DNA of 64,000 nucleotides, from NCBI GenBank assembly GCA_013265495.1, contig MU057398.1, positions 372,001 through 436,000 of the forward strand, read 5' to 3'. Positions within the stretch are counted from its first letter, which is position 1. Each line of letters starts with the position of its first letter. This document shows, piece after piece, positions 1 to 11,000 of the stretch. A program made the translations under genes and the position numbers. The notes beneath the pieces are model-generated. The model was not told the origin of the DNA and did not search any database. It saw only the letters and a program-made list of their open reading frames with translations. This DNA comes from Vicugna vicugna. Taxonomy: Eukaryota.

Positions 1-2509
1 TCAGCTCATTACAAGCTGAGGGGCCTCACACGAGGGTGGACCTCCCTGGGTCTGGATGGTGACCTGACTTTGGTCCTGACCAATAGCATTTTAGCAAAGG
101 CAGAGAAAACAGAGTGTGACTCTGACTGTGTGAAGCCCGTGCGGGCCCAGCAGGGGCTGCGTGCGCCACGCTCACAACTCCAGAGGCAGGCCGGCAAGAT
201 GCAGGTGCTAAGGCAATGGATGAGCAGTAACACGAGACAGAGCCTGTAACAGGCCGAGTCTGTACCAAACAGTGACCTGCACCACAGCCTTGTCATAGAC
301 CAGAGGCCCTCAGTGTGGTGCTGGGACCTCTAGGGGCCCAGACATATTGTGTCTTAACAAGCTCCCCCAGCGTTCCTGCTGTCAGAGCCCAGATGACCTG
401 AAGAGTTGGCCTTCTAGCCTAGAACACTTGGCATGGCAGTTTGACGGGTCTGATTCGGGCACTGGCCTAAAGCTGTCCCTGTCTGCCCAAGACACTCCAT
501 TCAGTCCCTAAGGTGAAGGCAGCACTTAGTGTGTGCGTGGCTCCTGGCGGAGAGAGAAGCAGACTAAAGGCGGGGGGCCTGGGTTCCTGTGCCTCACAGG
601 TGGCCGGGGCTCTTGGAGGAAGCTCTCTAGGCCCGCCAGTAGCACAGCAGAGTCTGGACGGAAGTCCAAGGGAGCTCGAAGAGGAGGTGTTGGCTAGACC
701 GGCAGGCAAGAGTGGAGGCTCCAGGCAGAGGCCACAGAAATACTCAGGGAAGGGGATCCACGTGGCTGGCTCCCAGCACAGGGGGGCTGAAGCAGAGACT
801 GTGGAGGGCTGCGGGGAGGGCTGCGGGGAGGGCCCCACACCTAAGGGCCTACGTGCCCAGCCTTTATGCCAAAGGTGCTCTGAAAGCACTGGAAGCAGGG
901 GGTGGAGGATCAGGTTTACATGCCAGAAAGGTCGTGTGAGTGGGGCAGGGTGGGCAGGCCAGGTGAGCCAGGCTGGCGGCAAGAAGCCTCCTTCGGATGA
1001 TGAAAGCCCAGCTGTGGCGGTGGTCCCCCAGACAGGGGGGCGGAGAGGCTCAGGAGGTGAGGTCCCTAGGCTGGGGAATGGGGACAGAGTTTCAGATTTG
1101 AAGATAAAAAGAGTTCTGGAGGCTGACTGTCCAATACTGTGCATGGGCTCAACATTACTGAACTGCACACTTACAAACAGTTCAGGTAGTCAGTTCGATG
1201 TTATGTATATTTTACCACAATTTTTTAAAAACCACAGACAGGAGCAGAGAATCACATGGGCCAAGAAAAGAGGGCAGAATGCCCCTAGGCTTCTGAGTGG
1301 CGACAGCTATTCTCACTCTGTGGCCCAGCGCACAGAGGAAGGAGCCTGAGGACCTGAGAAGGGAGCGAGCCGCCCCACTGCACCCCCTCACTGCCTCCCA
1401 CTCAGCAGACTGGTGGGGGAAGTGCAGACTTAAATATGCGATGCTTTCTTTAAACTTGGGGCCCCTTTTCAATTACGAGGGTTACTCAAGCCTCCTCCCT
1501 GCGTGCTCCCGACCCCGGTGCCACAAGGAACCAGTGCCACCGCAGCCTCTCTCCCAGGCACTGCTCTCTCCCTCTGTGGCCTTGTCTGCTAACCTGCCTT
1601 CTCTCCCTGAGTCTTCTCCCTCCCTGCATTAACTTTCACATCACTCTGCCCCGCTTACAGGGAGTGGCCACTCCGTCAGCACCTCCCTCTGGCCCATCCC
1701 TTGACCCCTCCTTGACACTGCCCCTGCCCTGCAGCACACCATCCTACTGACCAGCCCCTTCGGCCCCCTGCCCTGGCACGTGTGCACATGCGCCAGCAGT
1801 CCTCTGGATCCGGCCACACTTGCCATTCTGCAGGCGCCCACAGCAGGCAGAACCGCCACCACCTCAGCCTCAAGGGCTTGGCGTCCCCACTAGTTCCTCC
1901 CATTTCTCCCATCAGTACCTCTCAAACTTTCCCCCTGGCCACCCTTGCTGCCGCACCCTGGTTTGGGCCATCAGCACCTCTTAGTCCAGCGACCTCTGAC
2001 TTGGCCCCCCTGCTCCACTCCATCCTAGGCACTGCTACCAAATGTGAACACCCAACTCTGGCAGGGATGCAGCACCCCGGGAAAAGCTCAGTGCCCTACC
2101 ATATGGAGGTCAGGTACAAACTCCAAAACTGCCATTCAAAACCCTCACCCTATCTCCCGCCACTCCTGACCCATCCACCCTGCCCCAAACAGCCTCCTAG
2201 GGTTCAGGGACTGAGCCAGTACCTGCCAGTGACACCGGGGCAAGCACAGATGAGAAAGAGACAGATGGTGAGAGGGGCACAGATGCTCTGAACAGTATCA
2301 GGAGGCCGAGAGGAGCTTTTTCCCTGTTTACGGTGTTGGAAACACGGGGAGATGGACCTGGTGTTCACCAGTGGGGAACTGGTTAAACACACAAGAATGC
2401 TGGAAACAGATGGTTTGTCCTAGGACAACGTTCATGAACTTAATGGAAGACCCAAGTTCCCACGTGGTAGTTACAGCCTGCCCCTGATTTGAAGAAGTGT
2501 GTGGATGCC

Positions 2510-2685
2510 GTAGGGCAAAGAACCCAGGCGTTGAGGTCCTTTCATTTTAAGCCTGGATTCTCAGCTCTGCTGATGATAAGCTCTGGGAACTGGGTTCTCT
2601 GAATCTCAGTTTCTTCTTTGCAGAGCTGCTGCCAAAATTAACATGTGCCTGGTACACAGAATGCTAAGCAAGTGGTAGTTGCTGT
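2510..2685 (+). mobile_element. MIR fragment
   Basis: CTCTGAATCTCAGTTTCTTC and GTGCCTGGTACACAG motifs. Confidence 0.55.
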
Positions 2686-3244
2686 TAGGCATAGAAAAGT
2701 CTAGAAAGATATTTAACAAAGATGTGTGTCGACAGTGATTACATTAACATTTTAGAGGACTTACTTTCTTCTTTGTTTATTTAGAGCTCCAACTTCCTCC
2801 AACTGCTATGTACTACCAGATGACTTAACAATCTTTGGATGTACGAAAGGGACTGAGAGATTAAAGTGATTCAACTCACAAAACTAAACACTAGTAAGGA
2901 TGCCGTAGATCGTGTACTTGATCCATGCGCCTTCCTACCAAAATTCAGGTAGTAACTACTCGGGGAGAAAGAAGCCAACGATCCAGTCTACACGGGAGGT
3001 AGGCTGTAAACCTACCATCTGGCACAAACAGCTCACACCAACGCAAACAAGCTGGCATCTGAACAGGGGATCAAAACTAGACGTGGGCTTGGGCTTGGCC
3101 ACTTAGAACCTGTGGCCACTCCACCCCTCCTGAGCTGCCATTTTCCATTTACAAAGGCCCCCGCAATCAGGAAGGGTCATTAGTCCTTACTGATTTAAAG
3201 CCAAACCCAAACCCGAACCTGAACAGCTCACTCACATGCCCGCA

Positions 3245-3281
<37 letters not shown>
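3245..3281. repeat. (CG)n(CA)n microsatellite
   Basis: Direct reading. Confidence 0.9.
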
Positions 3282-4129
3282 GGTCACGTGGTCATCCAGT
3301 CTCCAAAATCAGCCCTTATTTTAAAAGATGAGAATACTTAGGGCCAGCAGGGAAAGATGCTGACCCAAAGCTACACAGCTGCTGGAGTGACAGCACTGGC
3401 CTGGGGACTCGTCTCCTGACTTCTGATTCCGCACCTTCCTTCCGCCGCTGCCAGCCCTCCCAAGTGCCAGCACCCAGGCTATCTGAAGGTGAGCCGTTGT
3501 CCTGCACCCCGTGACGTTCTGGGCACCCCTCTGCTCTAATTCTTATGCGGTGTGGTCTCCCCCAACTACTCTATCTCATTCTTTCTGTGGCAACAACCTA
3601 GCACTGTCTCACGTAGAGTAATGCTCAAATGCTTGTTGAGCTAAGACCGTGAGTGGGACCCCACAAAACAATTCTAATACAACCAAACTTGACCCAGCAG
3701 TGAGAAAAACAGAGACATCTCTCACTCTTTCACACAGGTTTGTACACAGCTAACAAGAGCTAGTAGTTCGTTTGCAAAAGAACATGCACAAAAGTTCAGA
3801 GGAGTGCATCAGCAAAGACACGTAGAACAAAAAAGGGATTGAGCCATGTACGGCAGACAGCATATGCTGACAGAGAGAAGGCGTTCTTTGAAGTTCTTCC
3901 CAACACCAAGGTAGATGTCACACGGTTTCTGAAAGAACCAGGTATGCGAGGAGAGCAAGAGCTACTCTTAAGCGTTTTATATGCACTTGACCGCATCCAG
4001 GCCTAGGTGAATTCCACCCCAGGCAGTAAAGCCCCACAACGTAACCAGAACTGCTGGCCGCCTGTGACCTCTGGGGTTGTGCACGTGGGGAGATGTGCCA
4101 GAGCAGCGCCATCCAGGCGCCAATGTGCA

Positions 4130-4260
4130 AGAGGCACTGCCAGCTTGTCAAAACACAGGCCCTCAGCAGCAGGCCAGGGACAGACCCAAGGGTCTGCATT
4201 TCCGACAAGACCCCAGGGGTCTGGCCAAGGCTGCTGCCTACAGGCCACACTTCGAGCAGC
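4130..4260. mobile_element. MER5-like DNA transposon fragment
   Basis: TCTGCATTT...ACAAGACCCCAGG...CCACACTTCGAG motif. Confidence 0.5.
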
Positions 4261-7200
4261 AAGGTGCCAGGGGACTAGGACACCATCAATTGATCTCCAA
4301 TGGTTAAAAAAAGAGAAAAAAGGAAAAAAGGATATTACGTGCAGGAAGACAGACTAGAAACCACCAATGTTGAAAAGTGGTTTCTTAATAGTAAAAACTT
4401 CAAACCAGCTCACGTATCTGTGAGCAGAGAACTGGGTAAGCACATGATGGTCTCCTCACATGACAGAACACTCTACACAACCATTAAGAACAGGAGAGGT
4501 CTGCATGAGTCATTTGGAAAAACTGCCAAGATGTATCATTGAGTGAAAAAGGCAAGTCCAAGCAGAGCAAAACACCCATAGCATTTGTCAGAGAAAAGTT
4601 TTATGTATGTAAAAGATTATTTTTAAAAGTTCAGGAACATCCTCTGGGGACTGAACTACAGGGCACTCACTCTCTCACCAGACATTTAAAGTTTGGGAGG
4701 TTTTATTTTTACAATGAGCAGATATAACTCTTATAATCAGAATAACAAAGATGATAGCTTTGTTCTAAGAGTGTTTCCCGCAAGCGAATGTGGCTATCAG
4801 GTTTGGACAAGAACAGTTCTAGGGCTAATGTCATACACAGAGAGAAGTTCCTCAAGGGCCACAGTCACCATACAGGATCTGACCCCTAGACTAGGGAGGG
4901 AGGAGCATATGATCTTAGAAAATTCTAGAAACAAACAGATCATTTGTGGGTAACCGGGGAATCCACTGATCCTCGGGGTTACTGATTCTTTCTCCAGGAA
5001 ATCACACAAGACCAACCTCATGTCCCTTTCTGATCAGCTCCTGGATAGGGACACGGGAGGGTGTGGCAGGCACAGCAAGGCATCTGGCGCTAAGATGGAG
5101 ATGGAATGACTGCACGGCTGTGGGAACAGCCAGGCGTAAGAAGCTACTCCATGTGATGTGTTTAAAAGGGAATTCTATGAAGCCTTACATGCCTGTCAAA
5201 CGAGAGGCCACAGCAAAGTGGGGGAGGCAGCTAGTCCGATAGAGCACAGGGCAGGGCAGCAAGAGCACCTGGGACCAGGGCCCACTCACCCCATTCTCAC
5301 GCCGGCCACGCGTCCTCTGGGAACGGCGCAGGTACAAACGGCAATGGCTCTTCTTTGAATTCATCGTAGGTTAGAAAGGAGACTGCCAACTGCTCTGCAC
5401 CCTGACTGTGCTGGTGTCTTTCTGCTCCGCCTTTGTCAGGCATTCACAGAACTGGACACCAACTTGTGCTATGTGCCAGTTTTAACAAGCCAGCTACAGG
5501 AATTAGGCTGGAACACCTGGCAGCACAGTGCTGCAGAGAGGGCTGAGCTGAACACACACACACTCGTCTGGTACACCTGGCTACCCACTGTCCCCTGGCC
5601 CACTCAGATAACATCTGCCCTGGAGGTGTCCTTCTGGAATAGAGCACAGTACATGGGGGATAAACACCACTCCATCTTCCACCAGTGTGACTACTTCTGA
5701 ATTTGCAATCTGAAGTTCACCAGCATCTCTCAACAGGTGGGGCCCCAAATGCCACCCTGCAAGTAGCACTGGCCGATGCTGAGCAGGGCAGAGCTGGCGC
5801 CTACAGCCTCCAGTAGAGGGCGGTAATGCTCACAAGCCTGGGCAGCAGCGCTGCCACTGAGTCCTGCTAAGCAGCAGTAAAGCACAGCCCCAAGTCTTCC
5901 CCCGATCCTGCTGCCCCCGTCTCCACTGCCCTTTACGAACCCATGTTTGCAAATGCATCCGTGTTAAACACTCTCGTCTCGTTCCAGTCGGTCTCCTCAG
6001 TGAACACGTCTAGATGGCGTGGATCCTGAGCAGCAGCTTACCTACCCAATGTTCAATTCCTCCCAGAGCCTGCTTCTCCCTGCATCTGCTGGCCACGACA
6101 AAGGTCCTCAGCAGAGATAACACTGAGCAGGCCAGGCGTGGAGTGCAAGCTCCTGGGACCTCTGTTTGGATGGAGCTGATCCATGCAGCAGCCACTCATG
6201 GAGTAAGGACCCTGCCAACTACACTATCATGCCAAAGCCCTACCTGCACTTCAGCATCCAGTCCACAAGCATCAAATCAGAGGCTGGCAAACATTTTGCT
6301 GAAAATCCATACATGCTATGGACAAAAGGCAGGGATAAGACTGACAGAACCTGTTTCCTAAGAATTCACAGTAGTTGCCAATGATCGCTCTCTCTTCTCT
6401 GAAAGCATGCAAACTACTTTTTTCTAGAATACGGTTAGAAATCAAAGTCAGAGCAGACCCTCTCCTTCAGCTATTTCCTCACCTACACTCTCCCTCCTTT
6501 GGAAACTGGGATGCTTGCCCGTCTGCAGTCTTCCAGAATTATCTCCTACCCGGCAATTCCGCAAGGACTGGCAATTCTATCTGCAAATGATCTCAAGAGC
6601 CTCTGGACATAATTTCATCAGTCCAAGCAGAAACTAAGTCACCTGGAGAAGCAGGGCACAACACTATTCCCCTGCCCACCTGAAATTTCAGTTCTCTCCT
6701 CATCCCAGTGCTTCCTTTCCCTGTTTCCTTACTTTGCACAGAAATACCAAAGGGACTGACAGTCTCGTCCCTATTCTTAAAGCTCGCTGTGCATTTCTGC
6801 TGCAGTCCTCAGTTTCCTTTCCGCCCTTCCTACCACTTGCAGATGGACTCAGAACTCTTTTGTCTCAGACTACATGATCATTACTTCTCTTTTGGAACTT
6901 CCCGAAACCCTAAAACTCTAGGTATGTTCCACTCCCTCCTAGCCATCTCACTTCCTGACACTCAGAAGTCTGAAGACAACATGCCCGCGTATCAGTTCTG
7001 TGATGAAACACATCCCCTTGGAAAGCCCTTTCCACGTCCACTCCCTGCCACTTTCCAACTCTGATCCAGAGAGGCCAGGCTCACCTGGGCAACTGACTTT
7101 TTTTCTGAAAACCTGAAAGCCAGACAGCCATTCCAACGCCTAGTGAAGAAGGATGTCCAGGTGACTAGAGGTAGTGAGACCAGCCCAAGAACCCACACTG

Positions 7201-7867
7201 ACCCTGCTTCTGAGTAACCTCATGGTGAGCTTCTTCCCAATAGCTCCAGAATCCCTCGGCCTGAGCATAATGTCTTATTCCCTGCCAGTCAGCACCCTTG
7301 ACAACAGCCAGCACCTGAACCCCAACTCCGGCCTGATCAGAACCCCCGTGAGCAGAAGGCAGCAAACCAGCCCCCAAGCTCCAACAGACCACATACTCCT
7401 GTGACTGACAGGTCTACATCTGGGAAGACCCTGGGGACAGGGTCAGTCTCAGCCCCTTGGTGCCATTTCTGCCCACTCTTCTCAGGACAGGACCCCATAC
7501 ACAAAGAGCCCCTATTCAATTGGTCCCTTTTACGCGGGGCTGCAAAGGGCCTCTTCCAGAGGCGGGAAACACCTGGCACTGACTTCACTCTACACACAGA
7601 GAGGGACCCGTAACACGTTTACCCTAAAAGAATGTGAGGCCTGTTATGGCACAGCCGAACTTGGTCTTCTGACCTTCTGGTCAGCCCTCTCCCACCTCCA
7701 TGCAGCCTCTGGAGGTCAGCATAAAACCAGGACGTCTCTGGAAAAACTGTATGGTTCCCCTAACAGAGACAGGGCCTCCAATTCAAGGCCACAGACTTCG
7801 ACTGAGGAGTCGAAGTCACAGGCCAGCCCACAGATCCCTTTCACAGCCCCTCACCCTCCCCACTCAC

Positions 7868-8015
7868 AAGGACAGGAGCAAGGAAAAGCCAGCAATGTAG
7901 AGATTCCTCTGGGCGCGGAAGAGCTTCATGTGGAAGTGCTCCACAGCCCCGGGGTTGTTCTGGAGGTTCACCCTCTCAGTCACGCCGTCATACTTCCAAA
8001 TCTCGCGCACAGCAT
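7868..8015 (-). CDS. BCAP31: BCAP31 exon 4
   Basis: AVREI...MKLFRAQRNLYIAGFSLLLS; AG/GTGAG flanks. Confidence 0.96.
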
Positions 8016-11000
8016 CTGTGGCAGGGCGGAAAAGACACACAGGCGTTTAGCCCCACTCAGACAGGACCAGGCCGTCCACGTGAGACAGAAGCCTGAGTCG
8101 CATCAGCCTGGCTTTGCTAAATCTGTCCCCCGTTACCCACTTTTACACACCTTGGGGGATGCCTTGTAGGAAGCTCCGCCCTCAGACTGGCGCACTCCTC
8201 CAGCTTTTCTCACATCACCGCCGGGCCCGTTCTACCCAGGCCACCAGCTTGCTCCCCCGTCAAGATGCTAACCCGATCTGAGACATTCCTAGCAATGGGG
8301 GCAGCTCCCCTTTCCCATGGTGCCCCCAACGTCTGGTTCTATTTATCTCAAACTGGGCTAGCCATCGGCCACCCTACTGAGAAGCCAGGGTAGTCCTGTT
8401 TATAGAAACGCTTGCTAAGGAGGCACAAGCCGCCTGGGCGTCAAGACTGGGAGAATGCCTGCTAAAAATTCAAGGGTTTTCATTTCTAAGCTTTGTGAAA
8501 GATTTTATTGTTTAAACTGTTTTTGCGGCAGTGGGGTGTACCTCAGTGGTAGAGCACATGCCTAGCATGCACAAGGTCCTGGGTCCAATCCCCAGTACCT
8601 CCATTAAAAAGAAAAACGTTTTATTCTCATTACAAAAGAAATTAACACTCAAAGGTTCAAACATACCAGAAATGCAGCAAGAGAATCTCATCACATGATC
8701 ACCTCCAACAGAACAGGCAACATGTGGCCAGCTTAGCTAAAGCACTCATTTTCAGTCCCATTACCGAAGGTTATTTTCTTTGTAATGTACAAATCTGGAA
8801 CTACCCAGATTACAGGTTTATTGTCCATGCCCTCCCCCAATTAGACTACAAAGGCGGAAATCTCTTCTATACACCCCCAGGGCCTAGCACGGTTCTGGGC
8901 GTGCAGGGGGCACATGAATACTTGCTGACAGGCAAACAGCCTGTGCCTGCCGTACAGTGCTCCGCTTCACACGGACGTTCACATCTGTGCGTCTTGTCCA
9001 CAGAGAAGAAATGGAACCATCCCAAAACTACTGCTTCCCACCCCAACCCTGAGATGTCCTTTTTTTCTTGATTGAAGTACACTGATTCATAACATTATGT
9101 AAGCTCCACGCGTACAACACTATACTTCTGTATACCCTACAGCGTGCTAACACAGAACACTTCACAAATCTGCACATCGTCCTTGTGCAGGGGGCATACT
9201 AATCATCTTTGTATCATTCCAATTTTAGTATATGTGCTGCCGAAGCGAGCACCTGAGATATCTTTTTAAGTCCATATGCCAAGATCTACCTAAAGAGGGC
9301 TCTTAATGGACCAACGTGGAAGAGGGGCAAAGTACGGCTGTATGGGTATTGTTTAGCTCTTAATTTCTGGTTTGAGACTGCTTTTTTAAGCTGATCTTAC
9401 ATTAGGCAAATCTGCCTCCCCTCACTGGTAGCTTTGTGTTAAATCTGAATCAGGAAGCAAGCACTCTCCCAACACTGTTATCAGGGATATAAACCAGGAC
9501 AACAGTACTTGTTATGGACTGCATGTTCCTGGTCCCCCAAACGCCTACATTGGCATCCTATAGCCCCCAATGGGATGGTATAGGAAACGAGGCCCCTGGG
9601 AGGTGATTAAGTCAGGAGCACAAGGCCCTCGTGAGTGGGATTCCTGTCTTTAGAAAACAGACCCCAGAGAGCTCCCTTGTCCCTTCCTCCATGTGAGGAC
9701 ACAGCGAGAAGGCAGCCATCTATGTACCAGGAAGAAGGCCCTCACCAGACACTGAATCTGCCCGCACGCACCTTGATCTTGGACTTCCCGCTTCCAGAAC
9801 TGTGAGAAGTAAGTACCTGTTGTGGAAGCCCCTTGTCTGTGGTACTTTGTTATAGTAGTTCAAACTAAAACATAAGATTTTAAACGTTCATATGCTTGGA
9901 GTCATCAACTCCACCGCTCTGAATTTATCCTACACGATTTGCATATATGTGCAATGATATGAGGATGCCTATAAGGAATGAATTAAATTACACTCTAACC
10001 ACATGATAAACCACTACACAATCAATGAGACTGCTGTAAAAAAAAATGTGTACGATATAGTTTAAGTGGAAAAAGCACAATCCAAAACAGTGTGCACTGT
10101 GATCTGAATCCAAGCCAAAACAGTATGTACTATTTTAACGAAGATGTCAGTATAGAAAATGTCTGTGGAAATATTACACGAACTCTTAATGACAGTTACC
10201 TATGGGACGTGTGATTACAGGGGACTTTAACTTAATAGGTTAAACTTGTGAGTTGTTAAAGATGTATTATTTTTGTGATTGAAAAAATAAACAAACCCCC
10301 CCATGTTTTCTCATACTGCCTTCTGCATCCAGAAACCCCAGCACCTTAAGGACCACCTCAGCTGATGGCATAGAGCAGACTGGGGGTGGGGGCGCTGAGC
10401 CAAACTAGCCAAGTCACCCAGCAGAGTGCTGCCCTGCATCAGGCCCCCAGTCCAGGACAACTGACCCTGGACCCTCATCAAGGCCATTCCCCAGTCAGAT
10501 ATGTCCCAGGGCCCTCCCACTGAAGGCTAGGGGCCAGCCCCAGCCAGGGCTATAGCTTCTACCTGGTTATGTTCTGCCACTAGTATCTGCTACTGGCTAA
10601 CACATATAGACAGAAGCCTCTGCAGGCCTCTCTCGCTTATGCTTTTTACCATTAGGACAGGAAGCAGCCTGTCATCACAGCAGAATTGTCTCTCCAGAAC
10701 TTCCGAGCAGTCCCCTAACCCCAAAAAAGAAGAATGGGTTCTGACCCACTCCACCATACTAGGAAATGGAGAGCTTGTGGAATCTGGTTTGCAGAGGGGC
10801 AAGGCCCTGAGTGAATACCCCCAGCATGGTCCCTCCCCACCCAAATTCTTCCCCCCCACCAAAATCAAAAGCATATACACTTGGTTCCAGAACTCTGCAG
10901 CCTGGCTTTTCACACTCAGGGGAAGACGTGCATATTCCCCATCTGCTCTGGACTCAGAGGCCACTCAGAGAGAAAATCCTGATCGGAAAGAGCTGCCTCT

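Noticed and set aside
803..832. Tandem GGAGGGCTGCGG repeat (G4-prone)
   Set aside because: Short slippage duplication; such motifs are ubiquitous here
467..2291. Long ORFs of 170-280 aa in BCAP31 intron 4
   Set aside because: Low-complexity G/P/S-rich translations, no recognisable domain, mostly non-ATG starts; expected in GC-rich DNA
6300..7600. Possible very old CR1/L3-type LINE remnant on the minus strand
   Set aside because: Only faint peptide resemblance; cannot be supported without a Dfam search
7996..7998. BCAP31 IWKY instead of IRKY
   Set aside because: Position appears variable among mammals as recalled; simple CpG transition
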